This document shows positions 30,702 through 39,654 of a stretch of 61,219 bases of DNA, in pieces; the first letter of the stretch is position 1; each line of letters begins with the position of its first letter. The notes below the pieces were generated by a model that worked only from the letters and a program-made list of their open reading frames with translations, ran no database searches and was not told the DNA's origin. Origin of the DNA: Candidatus Babeliales bacterium (lineage in GTDB: Bacteria > Babelota > Babeliae > Babelales > UBA12411); NCBI GenBank assembly GCA_023128415.1, contig JAGMEA010000019.1, positions 1 through 61,219 on the forward strand, read 5' to 3'. The translations under genes and the position numbers were made by a program.

Positions 30702-31697
30702 TTATTGTATAATTATTGAGTTTTGTGAGCTTTTGGCATTAATTTTATCTTTCACTTTTATAACCAAATTAGAAAATGATTCCGCAAAGCTCTCTTGAGT
30801 ACCAAATATTGTTTGTAAAATTGTCCCTTGAGCAGGATCCATTAAAACAACTTCGCCTTTATGTGGCATCTCGCGTTTTTTAAGAATTTCTACAATTGCT
30901 GCTTTTGCATCAGAAAGATTTCCATTCTCATCAACCAAACCTATTTCCTTAGCTTGCTTGCCTGAAAAAATTTGGCCATCCGCCCATTCCTTAACATTTT
31001 TCAAATCCAAATTAGAACGACCTTCAACAATATCCTGACAAAACGTTTCATAAACATCATTTACGTGATTTTGAAGATATTTGCGTTCTTCAGCTGTTAC
31101 CTCTTTAAAAGGATCACCAATAGTTTTATACTTTCCAGCCTGAACTTTTTCAACATCAGTTTTTCCCTTAACTAAACCAGCACCATTAAGTTGATAGAAA
31201 GTTGGAGTTTCCTTAAATTGACCATATTGCATAAAAACTCCGATACTTCCAACAGTAGAAGTTCTTGGGGCAACAATATAATCACATGCAGAAGCAATGT
31301 GATAAGCAGCAGAAGCACAAAGACTATTAACTAGAGCTATTACTGGCTTCTTTTTGTTGGCTAATCTAATTTCCTTAGCAAGCATTTCTGCACCAGCAGG
31401 TATTCCGCCTGGTGAATCAAAGCGAAACAATATTGCTTTAATATAATCATTTTTCACATAGGATTCCAAAAGCTTAGTATACTCTGAACAATCCCCAATA
31501 AAACCCTTCATATCAACACATCCAACATATGTATTCTTATGCATATGTACTACTTTTCCTACTATAGCAGCAGCCCCAACTATACCGACTCCTACAAGGA
31601 CCGGGTTTAAATCTATCCCCCGATTCTCCTCAGATGAACAATATAAATTTGTTCCCAAAAAAGATGCTGTAACTAAAATTGCTAATATCTTTTTCAT
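30702..31697 (-). CDS. sppA: signal peptide peptidase SppA (36K type, S49)
   Basis: ASAAYHIASACDYIVA and GSIGV serine region. N-terminal signal anchor. Confidence 0.85.
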   Translation of the reverse strand: MKKILAILVTASFLGTNLYCSSEENRGIDLNPVLVGVGIVGAAAIVGKVVHMHKNTYVGCVDMKGFIGDCSEYTKLLESYVKNDYIKAILFRFDSPGGIPAGAEMLAKEIRLANKKKPVIALVNSLCASAAYHIASACDYIVAPRTSTVGSIGVFMQYGQFKETPTFYQLNGAGLVKGKTDVEKVQAGKYKTIGDPFKEVTAEERKYLQNHVNDVYETFCQDIVEGRSNLDLKNVKEWADGQIFSGKQAKEIGLVDENGNLSDAKAAIVEILKKREMPHKGEVVLMDPAQGTILQTIFGTQESFAESFSNLVIKVKDKINAKSSQNSIIIQ

Positions 31698-31761
31698 AAT
31701 TAAAATCCCTAGTTAAAAGCGTAATTTAAAAAGTATTAACAGGATAACATAGCGTTAAAAT

Positions 31762-31789
31762 AAAAAAAGCGCCTTTTTAAAGGCGCTTT
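31762..31789 (-). terminator. rho-independent terminator after the 31814-32278 gene
   Basis: AAAGCGCCTTT-TT-AAAGGCGCTTT palindrome. On the minus strand it is followed by TTTTTTT. Confidence 0.55.
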
Positions 31790-31813
31790 AAAGGAGGAGA
31801 GTAGAAGTTTTTA

Positions 31814-32278
31814 TTAAGCTTGTGCTTTCGCATTTAGTAATTTTTTTATCTCTTCATCGAAAGCATAAATATTTTTATTCATAGATTTAAGCCATACTTC
31901 GTAATCTTTCCAACCACGTTCTGCCGGCCAATAGTCAGAACCATGAACTTTCTGAGACAAACCTAAAATAATCATCAAACCCAAAACGGTCCCCGATAAC
32001 GATTCTTTCATTTGCTCTAAATTGCCATAGTTAAGCTTTTTTATATTTCGATCAAACTTATTTTTTAAATTTTCAATTTCGTTTTGATCACCACAACTTT
32101 TATCAAAACCCTCAAGCAAAGTATCTTGTACTCTCTGAGCAAGCATTTTTATATATTCAAGTCGATACTCAGACAAACTTTTAAGTGATGAAGAAACTTT
32201 GTCATCATTAACAAAATCAGAATCTTTTATAAAATCTAATAATGAAGATTTAGTAGCAGCTTTAAATTGCTTTTTCAT
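31814..32278 (-). CDS. hypothetical protein
   Basis: 154-aa ORF with its own terminator. No recognised motif. Confidence 0.4.
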   Translation of the reverse strand: MKKQFKAATKSSLLDFIKDSDFVNDDKVSSSLKSLSEYRLEYIKMLAQRVQDTLLEGFDKSCGDQNEIENLKNKFDRNIKKLNYGNLEQMKESLSGTVLGLMIILGLSQKVHGSDYWPAERGWKDYEVWLKSMNKNIYAFDEEIKKLLNAKAQA

Positions 32279-32430
32279 GAAGCCCTTTCTAACGAAGTTT
32301 CTAGTTGAACCCTTATCGTACTATTCAACCTAACACATATTTTCAATTTGTCAATATTTTTATAAAAATAATATATAAAAAATTCTGCCAGAAAAACCCC
32401 TTTTTAACAAAAAAAGGTGATTATTAGGCA

Positions 32431-34152
32431 TTATGCACCAACTAACTTCATAAGCATATTTATTAACATCCAGATAGATTCACTGGCAAAAACACCTGAC
32501 CAGAAGGGTAAATAATTGTCTGGTTTTTTAAAAAATTTCGAGAGTATGCCGCCGGCAATTAATCCTATAGAAATACTGTTAGGCATCAAAATTCCACTTA
32601 ATACTAAAGCTGGATTTACTCTGAACTTTTTAACAATTAGTCCATATAACCCACCTAATAATAAAACCCAATAATTAAAGTTGGTGGACTGCACGAGCAA
32701 AGCCCTTGTTTTACCACGGTAAGCAAATAATTCCGGAGAGCCTACTTGAAAGTTGGTAAATATAAGCCAAAGTAAAAATCCCATTCCTAGGGCAGAAACA
32801 ATTAATCCTAGCCACTGATACTTTCTAATCCTTTTAAACTTGATATCGCACAGTTCGCCAACTTTATAATCAAATAAAAGATCGGAAGCAACAGCGCTGC
32901 AAATATTAACAAAGACACATAAAATTGTGATTTGAATATAATCCAACTTAAAAATAAGCATTGCTGGAATCATCACAAATGTAGCAAATCGCCCAAAGGG
33001 GATTAGTCCAACCGAAGCACCCAACAAACAAAGTTGATATGCAGCTACAAGAGTAAAGACAATTATGAATAATTGAGAAGCAAATGAAAATTTTAAATAC
33101 GATAAAAACGCAACGACACCAAAAAAAACAATACAGAAATCTAAAATATCACGTGCCCTTGTCTGCAATTTTCTAAAAAACTTACTTTTGGGAATTTCGG
33201 CTGAAGGCATTGGAGTTGGTAAAATACCTGGCATATTGTTACCTAAAAACAATTTTAGAATAGAATTTTTAATTGTTTTTATATCAACATAATCTTTAAC
33301 TGTATTAAAAAGAATTTTTGGATATTTGCGCATCTCTGAAAAAGTTCCAACCAGAACTAAACCACTACAAAAAGCCAAATTGAATGCGCCTGAATCCTGT
33401 GGATCAAAAAGCTTGAATGGTAAATACACAGCATGGTGATTGATTGGATATAAAATCAAATACTTGGAAAGCATTCCCACAGCTAAGGGAACAGAGATAA
33501 CAGCTCCAGCAATAAATCCAACAGCCCAAAGCGTCGGCCCCTGATAAAATGCAAATGCTAGTTCTTTACCAAAAATACTTGGTAAAAGATAAGCAACTTT
33601 TGGAAACAATCCTTTCAAGTGATAAAAACCGTCTCTTATAAAACAAAATAAGCCAGTTGAAGAAAGACCGGTTAGCATGTGTTTAATTTGCCAGCCTTCT
33701 GACTGGGAAGTTATCATTCTATGTATTAAAAGACTGACTGGAAATTTTAATTTTTCTCTATAAACAAGTTTTTCACCGAATAAACGTGCCAAATACATTC
33801 CCAATGCACCAGCAGAAAGTATCGATCCCGCAATAATAGAACAAAAATAAAATGGGGAAGCTATCCACGAGTTAAAAATTTCTGGATCTAAAAAATATAA
33901 AGTTGGCAAAGTAAAACCTATAGCAACAGCAACTAATGCCCCGACCGATCCAACAGTTTGAGTCAATGCCATCTCTTGATTTTCAATGTGCTGCGGTTTT
34001 CTTTTTCTTCTAAGTTTTAAAAGAACGCTGGTAAATAAAACTAAAGTAGGAGCAATCCATGGACCAATACCAGTAACCATTGATACGTATGCGAGAATAA
34101 TTGATGAAAAAAGAGCAAAAAAAGTACCTACTATCCCGACAAATAAATTCAC
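32431..34152 (-). CDS. polytopic membrane transporter, probably OPT (oligopeptide transporter) family
   Basis: 573 aa with about 14-16 predicted TM helices. The size and topology resemble bacterial OPT proteins. The family assignment is by impression only. Confidence 0.55.
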   Translation of the reverse strand: MNLFVGIVGTFFALFSSIILAYVSMVTGIGPWIAPTLVLFTSVLLKLRRKRKPQHIENQEMALTQTVGSVGALVAVAIGFTLPTLYFLDPEIFNSWIASPFYFCSIIAGSILSAGALGMYLARLFGEKLVYREKLKFPVSLLIHRMITSQSEGWQIKHMLTGLSSTGLFCFIRDGFYHLKGLFPKVAYLLPSIFGKELAFAFYQGPTLWAVGFIAGAVISVPLAVGMLSKYLILYPINHHAVYLPFKLFDPQDSGAFNLAFCSGLVLVGTFSEMRKYPKILFNTVKDYVDIKTIKNSILKLFLGNNMPGILPTPMPSAEIPKSKFFRKLQTRARDILDFCIVFFGVVAFLSYLKFSFASQLFIIVFTLVAAYQLCLLGASVGLIPFGRFATFVMIPAMLIFKLDYIQITILCVFVNICSAVASDLLFDYKVGELCDIKFKRIRKYQWLGLIVSALGMGFLLWLIFTNFQVGSPELFAYRGKTRALLVQSTNFNYWVLLLGGLYGLIVKKFRVNPALVLSGILMPNSISIGLIAGGILSKFFKKPDNYLPFWSGVFASESIWMLINMLMKLVGA

Positions 34153-34382
34153 AACTATTCTCCCTTAACAGATAATTTGCATTAAAAATATTCTCAAATA
34201 TTATCACAAAGATTTTTTAAAAGAAAACGCCCCTAAATTAAGGCATTTTTTATATTTAGATCATTTAAATATGAATACAAAAATTTAATAGTTTAGACTA
34301 AATTTAGGTCAGGTTTTTGCAGAAATCCCTATTTAGGCTAAAATTAAAAGACTCGATTCTACTTTAGCAAAAGGAATTCGCT

Positions 34383-35894
34383 ATGAAAAAATTAATAATC
34401 CTTACCTCTCTTCTTTTTTTCTCTCCTAATATATTTATGTCAGAAAATATAGTACCAGAAGAAATACAAGAGCCTATCCCTCTTTTTCCCGATGAAAATT
34501 TAAAAGAATTATTAGAAGTAATTGAAGAAGCTAGTGAAATAGTAAAACTTGAAAATTCAGAAACAACAACTAACAATCTCGCAAAAGACCGTTACGATCA
34601 TGAAACTTTTATTTTAGCTAATGATGAATCACAATCTTATAAATTAAAATCAGAAATAAGAAAAACAGCAGAGCAACTAAATATCGCGCTAAATGGTTCA
34701 AAATTTTTTGATACAACAGATATTTGCAATACACCTCTTACACATCAAAATCTCCTTAAACAAGGCGCTAGAGAAATAATTATCAAAACTGAAGATAATA
34801 TAGAACTATTTTGCATGTTCTTTGACAGAAAAAGAAAAAATAATGATCGTGTTGTCGTAATTGGGCCAGGATTTACAAATGAAAAAGAAAAAATGGCCCC
34901 TCTAGCATATACCCATATAGATTCTGACGTTTTAATAATGAACTTTAGAGGGCATGGAAATAAAGGACCCTCTTTAAATCCAATTAAAAAAACTTTAGGG
35001 ATTGATTCAGCTGTACGACTAGGAGGCGAAGAAGAAAAAGACGTGTTTGCAGTAGTAAAACATCTTAGAAATTTATCTGGAAAATATTATAAACAAATTG
35101 TAGGACATGGGATTTGCTACGGCGCTCTTATTTTTGCAAAATCTCAAGGAGTTAAAGAATCTCAAGGAGAAGTTTTATTCGATAAACTCATTCTTGATGG
35201 AACATGGAAATCATTAAATGGTTTTAAGGAAAAAATTATTAATGATCCTATGCTCATTGTAAATCCACAAAAAGGTGGAGCTTCGAATTCTGTAAAATGG
35301 ATATTTGGAAAATCATGGTTTAATAAATCATTACAACACATAATAGAAAAGACCTGTAAAATAAAATTTGATGATCTTGATGTAACTAATTATCTAAAAC
35401 ATATTAAAATTCCAGTTTTATTTTTTTACGGAAAAGATGATAAAACCATTTATCGTAATGAATTTGAAGCTATATGGAATTCAACTGCAAGCCAACAAAA
35501 AATAGCTTGTATTACATCTATAGAGCACGTTTGGAATCATTTAAAATTAAAAGAATTTTACAAGTTAATGTCGGAACTATTTATAGAAAGCAAAGATATA
35601 AATAATTTGCTACCAATATTAAATGATCAACAACTACTTTTAGAACATTTGTTTGAGCGACTTCAAAGTACGGCTGACGAACTTCCAGATGAAAGTGCAT
35701 TTAAACCACTAAAACAATCCAAAACTTTTTGGCAAAAAACTAAACCAACATTAATCCTAACAACTTTGGCATTGACCAGCTATTACGCATATTCTCATGA
35801 CAAGCTATCTAAAGATGGTATTGGATCGCTATTTCATGGAATAGGAAATATGTTTAAAAAAGAAAGTTTTGATTTAACTCCACCAGAAAATTAA
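34383..35894 (+). CDS. secreted or membrane-anchored alpha/beta-fold hydrolase with an apparent Cys nucleophile elbow
   Basis: Signal peptide, GPGFTN, elbow VGHGICYGA (G-x-C-x-G), later GKDD and a His region, and a C-terminal TM helix. Confidence 0.55.
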   Translation: MKKLIILTSLLFFSPNIFMSENIVPEEIQEPIPLFPDENLKELLEVIEEASEIVKLENSETTTNNLAKDRYDHETFILANDESQSYKLKSEIRKTAEQLNIALNGSKFFDTTDICNTPLTHQNLLKQGAREIIIKTEDNIELFCMFFDRKRKNNDRVVVIGPGFTNEKEKMAPLAYTHIDSDVLIMNFRGHGNKGPSLNPIKKTLGIDSAVRLGGEEEKDVFAVVKHLRNLSGKYYKQIVGHGICYGALIFAKSQGVKESQGEVLFDKLILDGTWKSLNGFKEKIINDPMLIVNPQKGGASNSVKWIFGKSWFNKSLQHIIEKTCKIKFDDLDVTNYLKHIKIPVLFFYGKDDKTIYRNEFEAIWNSTASQQKIACITSIEHVWNHLKLKEFYKLMSELFIESKDINNLLPILNDQQLLLEHLFERLQSTADELPDESAFKPLKQSKTFWQKTKPTLILTTLALTSYYAYSHDKLSKDGIGSLFHGIGNMFKKESFDLTPPEN

Positions 35895-35898
35895 TCTT

Positions 35899-36819
35899 TT
35901 ACAAAATCTTATTTAAAAAACTTTGTACCTTTTTTTTGTATTCATTTGGATAATGTCTTTCCACTGTTCCATGAAAAACTGGAGGCGCAATCCAAATCTT
36001 TGCCTTATTACCTGATATAAAGGATTTAGAATACAATTCGAGCGAGTGTTCTGTTGGTACAATCGTATCCGTAGAAGAATGTATAAATAGTATTGGAGTT
36101 TTTACATTCTCTATCAGCTTGATCGGCTTCATCTTTGAAACATCGCAATCATAAAAATATTTAGCCATTAATCTAATAAAGAAAACAAAGGGGAAATTTG
36201 GAAGTCCTGAATGGTAAGTAAACGCAGCATCTATTGCGCCATCAAGATCTTTGAATGAAGAATCTAAAATAAGAGCGTCACAAAGATCAGGTCTTAAAAA
36301 AGCAGCCCTTAAAGATGCTGATCCTCCCATAGATAAACCTAAAATAACAAAAGGTAATTTTTTTTGAAGATCAACTGTATTGCGAAAAAATTTGGCAGCA
36401 GAAATAACATCACAAGCTTCAGAAAGTCCTAGGGTAGTAATATATCCATCACTTTGACCATGTCCTCTAAAATCAAACATAAAAATATTATAGTTATCAA
36501 AATTCTTCATGAATAATTTCATAAATTCTTTTGTTCGCTGAAAACCATGGCACAACAGAACATTTCCCCTAGCTTCTTTTTTACGAATAAGTAATCCGGA
36601 TAATTTTAGATCATCAGTTGTATCAAATTTTACTTCTTCGGCATTATAATCTTTAATCAATCTTTCTCTAAAGCGTTCGGCATGAACAGAAACAGGTTCG
36701 CCTTTGACCAACGGATCAGATCGGAAAATCAACCTTCGAAGGGAAATAAAAGAAACTGTAAGAATGCAAATTATTATTAGTAAAAATATAAAAAAAAGAA
36801 TATTTTTTAAAATTTTCAA
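35899..36819 (-). CDS. alpha/beta hydrolase (serine)
   Basis: N-terminal TM anchor, LCHGF, elbow GLSMGG, HSSTDTIVP, and a His near the C-terminus. Confidence 0.7.
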   Translation of the reverse strand: MKILKNILFFIFLLIIICILTVSFISLRRLIFRSDPLVKGEPVSVHAERFRERLIKDYNAEEVKFDTTDDLKLSGLLIRKKEARGNVLLCHGFQRTKEFMKLFMKNFDNYNIFMFDFRGHGQSDGYITTLGLSEACDVISAAKFFRNTVDLQKKLPFVILGLSMGGSASLRAAFLRPDLCDALILDSSFKDLDGAIDAAFTYHSGLPNFPFVFFIRLMAKYFYDCDVSKMKPIKLIENVKTPILFIHSSTDTIVPTEHSLELYSKSFISGNKAKIWIAPPVFHGTVERHYPNEYKKKVQSFLNKIL

Positions 36820-37163
36820 AATTCTCCCTCAACAATATTGCGTCCTGAAATAAAATGCCAATGCATATGAAAAACACTTTGACCAGCTTCTTTACCATTA
36901 TTCGACAAGGTATTAAAAGCTTTGGGATCAGGCAGATCATTTGCTAATTCCTTAATAATCTCGATCATGTGCCAAACAAGCTCCTTGTCTAAAGAAGTAA
37001 TCGTACTTAGATTAACAATATGTTTTTTGGGAATAACAAGATAGTGAACTGGTGCTTTAGGAAAAATATCTTCTATAACGATAACAGTATTGTTTTCTTT
37101 TATAATCTTGGCTGAAATTTCTTTATTAATAATTTTGCAGAAAATGCAATCTTGAGAATTCAT
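36816..37163 (-). CDS. HIT family (histidine triad) protein
   Basis: CIFCKII... and HMHWHFISG triad. The start is set at MNSQD, because the longer ORF (to 37307) reads through the tRNA-Leu gene. Confidence 0.85.
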   Translation of the reverse strand: MNSQDCIFCKIINKEISAKIIKENNTVIVIEDIFPKAPVHYLVIPKKHIVNLSTITSLDKELVWHMIEIIKELANDLPDPKAFNTLSNNGKEAGQSVFHMHWHFISGRNIVEGEF

Positions 37164-37178
37164 AAAATCTCCTAATTC

Positions 37179-37265
37179 TGGTGCCGAAGGTCGGAGTCGA
37201 ACCGACACAGTGTTTCCACCGCGGGATTTTGAGTCCCGTGCGTCTACCAGTTCCGCCACTTCGGC
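37179..37265 (-). tRNA. tRNA-Leu (anticodon CAA), long variable arm, CCA encoded
   Basis: Minus strand: GCCGAAG-TG-GCGGAACTGGTAGACGC-A-CGGGA-CTCAAAA-TCCCG-CGGTGGAAACACTGTG-TCGG-TTCGACT-CCGA-CCTTCGGC-ACCA. Confidence 0.9.
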
Positions 37266-37310
37266 TGATACTAAGATTAATAGTACCACAAGCCCTTTGA
37301 AAATCAAGGT

Positions 37311-38520
37311 TTAAAGCCCTGTCCCTATAGCGAATATGGGCATATAAACTGCTATCATTAAAACTCCTATAATAAGTCCAACCAAAACAATCAAGCATGG
37401 TTGCACAATGATTGTAAGAGTTTCAAAAACACGATTTAATTCTTCCTCAAATATAAAAACTGCCCTATCTAGCATTTCTATCAATTTACCCGACCGCTCC
37501 CCTACTGCGATAATAGCGATTAGTTCTTTAGGAAAGTATGTGCTTCCAATTAAGCTTAATGCCTCTTCTAAAGAATTGCCTCTTTGAACAAGTTTTATTA
37601 AATCTAAAAATTTATTTTTAAAAAATAAACTTCTTACGTTCTGTTTAGAATTATTGATTGATTCGATCAGGGGTACTCCACAGCGGAGTTGTAAAGATAA
37701 GGCGTAGACGAATCTAACAAGGTCTAATTTGTGTAATAATTGACCAACCACCGGCAGATTAAAAAGAAATTTATCTAGTTGAATCTTATATTTACTATCA
37801 ACATAAAAACGAAAAATTACAAAACTAAAAAATGTTAGCAAACTGATTATTATTACTGCGGGCATAAAATTATTGGCTATTGCAAATGTAAGTAACGTTA
37901 ACTTTGGTAAAGGTTTATCTAAAGATTTTAAAATAATTTCAAATTGAGGAATAACAAAGACAAAAATAACTGACATCAAAACCAATCCTATCCCTAAGGT
38001 CAAAAACGGTAATAGAAGAGACTGTTTAAGTTTCTTTTTAAATGATTCTTTCCAGGATAAGTAATTCGCCAAACGAAAAAACACTGTTTCCAAATCGCCA
38101 GAAGCTTCTCCTATTCTTACTGTTTGAACCATTATTGGTGAAAAAATATTTTTATGTTTATTAAGACTATTCTGAAATGATAAACCTGTTTTAAGGTTTT
38201 GAATCATGTCTTTAATAGCAACATGTAACTTTTTAGAAAAAAATTTGGCGTTAACTAGTTCTAAAGAATTTATTAAAGAAACGCCGCTACTAAGAAAAAC
38301 CGATAAGCTAGAAAAAAAAATATATTAGTTCTGAAGGCAAAACCTTATTTTTGAAAAATTTATAATTTTTTATTTTTTGTTCTTCGAACCTTAATAGCGC
38401 TATACCGCTTTTAAGTAAATGCTGTTTTAGCTCTGCTTCTGAGTTCAATGTTAAATAACCATTAAAAGTTTTTCCTTGCTGGTCAATGCCTTTCCAGTAA
38501 AACTTTTTTTGTTGCTGCAT
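37311..38520 (-). pseudogene. pilC: type IV pilus / type II secretion platform protein PilC/GspF, split by a frameshift in a T9 (plus-strand A9) run
   Basis: ORF 38308-38520 is the PilC N-terminus. ORF 37311-38207 is the remainder. The shifted frame between them reads SSLSVFLSSGVSLINSLELVNAKFFSKKLHVAIKDMIQNL with no stop. The total is 1210 nt, so 402 codons after removing 1 nt. Confidence 0.75.
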
Positions 38521-38804
38521 TAAATGCTCATTTGTTTTTCCAATCCAAACTTGGAAAGAACCTCATTATAGGAAATATCAGCATCTATTTTGACTCGTTT
38601 TTTACGCGAAATTGCTCCCATCAAGATTGAAACTTGTTTACGATCTATACCTAAAAGCTTAGAAATAAGTCTTAAAAGTTCATCATTAGCTCGTCCACCC
38701 TCTGCTGGACTTTTAATAAAGCACTTAATTGCACCTGACTTCTCAAGAACAAATCGTTGCTTTCTCGATGAGGGTTCTACCTTCACTTCTATTATTAAAG
38801 CCAT
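38520..38804 (-). CDS. YggU / DUF167 family protein
   Basis: IKSPAEGGRANDELLRLISKLLGIDRKQVSILMGAISRKKRVKI matches the DUF167 core pattern (ApP..GkAN..l..fL). Confidence 0.75.
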   Translation of the reverse strand: MALIIEVKVEPSSRKQRFVLEKSGAIKCFIKSPAEGGRANDELLRLISKLLGIDRKQVSILMGAISRKKRVKIDADISYNEVLSKFGLEKQMSI

Positions 38805-38831
38805 AATATTATGGAACCTCCTAGTTTAAAG

Positions 38832-38859
38832 TTGAGTGATTTTTTGTTTATAGTATACT
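38832..38859 (+). promoter_or_regulatory. candidate sigma70-type promoter for the tRNA-Arg/Ser/Ser cluster, embedded in a 10-bp inverted repeat
   Basis: TTGAGT-N16-TATACT ends about 15 nt before tRNA-Arg. AGTGATTTTT (38835-44) and AAAAATCACT (38861-70) are perfect inverted repeats bracketing the -10. Confidence 0.4.
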
Positions 38860-38873
38860 TAAAAATCACTTCA

Positions 38874-38950
38874 GCGCCCATAGCTCAACTGGATAGAGTA
38901 CCAGACTACGAATCTGGCGGTTAGAGGTTCGAGTCCTCTTGGGCGCACCA
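38874..38950 (+). tRNA. tRNA-Arg (anticodon ACG), CCA encoded
   Basis: GCGCCCA-TA-GCTCAACTGGATAGAGT-A-CCAGA-CTACGAA-TCTGG-CGGTT-AGAGG-TTCGAGT-CCTCT-TGGGCGC-ACCA. Confidence 0.9.
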
Positions 38951-38962
38951 GTAAGGTTCTTT

Positions 38963-39054
38963 GGAGAGATGGCTGAGTGGCTGAAAGCACTCGCCTGCTA
39001 AGCGAGTATACGGAGAAATCTGTATCGAGGGTTCGAATCCCTCTCTCTCCACCA
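38963..39054 (+). tRNA. tRNA-Ser (anticodon GCU), long variable arm, CCA encoded
   Basis: GGAGAGA acceptor, anticodon arm CTCGC-CTGCTAA-GCGAG, long variable arm, T-arm GAGGG-TTCGAAT-CCCTC, TCTCTCC-ACCA. Confidence 0.9.
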
Positions 39055-39082
39055 TTAAATTTTATGATATACTAATCTATAC

Positions 39083-39174
39083 GGAGAGGTGGCAGAGTGG
39101 TCGAATGCGGCGGTCTTGAAAACCGTTATTCCGGGAGACCGGAATCGAGGGTTCGAATCCCTCTCTCTCCTCCA
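39083..39174 (+). tRNA. tRNA-Ser (anticodon UGA), long variable arm, CCA encoded
   Basis: GGAGAGG acceptor, anticodon arm GCGGT-CTTGAAA-ACCGT, variable arm TTCCGGGAGACCGGAA, and the same T-arm as the preceding tRNA-Ser. Confidence 0.9.
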
Positions 39175-39204
39175 TATAATGCATATAGGGAATTAAAAAA
39201 ATCT

Positions 39205-39654
39205 ATGCCAACAAACGAACGCAGCCTTAAAACTTATCTGGTTATTACTCCTTTTGAAAATCCTGATTCACAAACCAGAGCAAGGCTACTTTCCGTTAAA
39301 TCCAAACAATATTATAAAGATGCTATGACCTTATTTAATAGCAATTATTTTCGTATTAGAACAAAAAGGCATCATCGGTTTAACCTTTTATGGCCTGCAG
39401 CTTCATCATTCATACTTCTATATCATCTCGCAATTGAAATTATATTAAAAGCCTTAATTATTTTGAAAACATCCAAAGAACCAGATCATACTCATAATCT
39501 TAGGGCTTTATTAAAGACATCAGTCGAAAAATATCCTAAATTGTCTTCAATTAATGATAACTCGGAATATATGCAATTTTTAGACGAATTAGGCCCCCCC
39601 CCCAAATTTAATGGAGTGTCGTTATGGACCGTCAATAACAGTTTTCAACCGTAA
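39205..39654 (+). CDS. HEPN-domain-like protein, apparently truncated by a frameshift at a C10 tract
   Basis: LLYHLAIEIILKALIILKTSKEPDHTHNLRALLK fits the HEPN helix-2/3 pattern (E..lKAl....g....tH.L..L). The start is set at the first ATG after tRNA-Ser. The expected downstream RY-containing helix lies in the +1 frame. Confidence 0.6.
   Translation: MPTNERSLKTYLVITPFENPDSQTRARLLSVKSKQYYKDAMTLFNSNYFRIRTKRHHRFNLLWPAASSFILLYHLAIEIILKALIILKTSKEPDHTHNLRALLKTSVEKYPKLSSINDNSEYMQFLDELGPPPKFNGVSLWTVNNSFQP
39594..39603. repeat. homopolymeric C10 tract at the HEPN/GNAT frame junction
   Basis: Counted directly: ...TTAGG CCCCCCCCCC AAATTT. No comparable G/C run was noticed elsewhere in this AT-rich window (next longest seen: G7 at 22972-22978). 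Confidence 0.95.

Noticed and set aside
36816-37307. Long forms of ORFs that read through tRNA genes (36816-37307, 37126-37398, 39097-39654 N-terminus, 54912-55565, 9126-9332)
   Set aside because: Their 5' or internal portions are the tRNA-Leu, tRNA-Ser, tRNA-Gln or tRNA-Thr sequences (for example ...AEVAELVDARDSKSRGGNTVSVRLRPSAP). Starts were moved to the first Met after the tRNA, or the ORFs were dropped.
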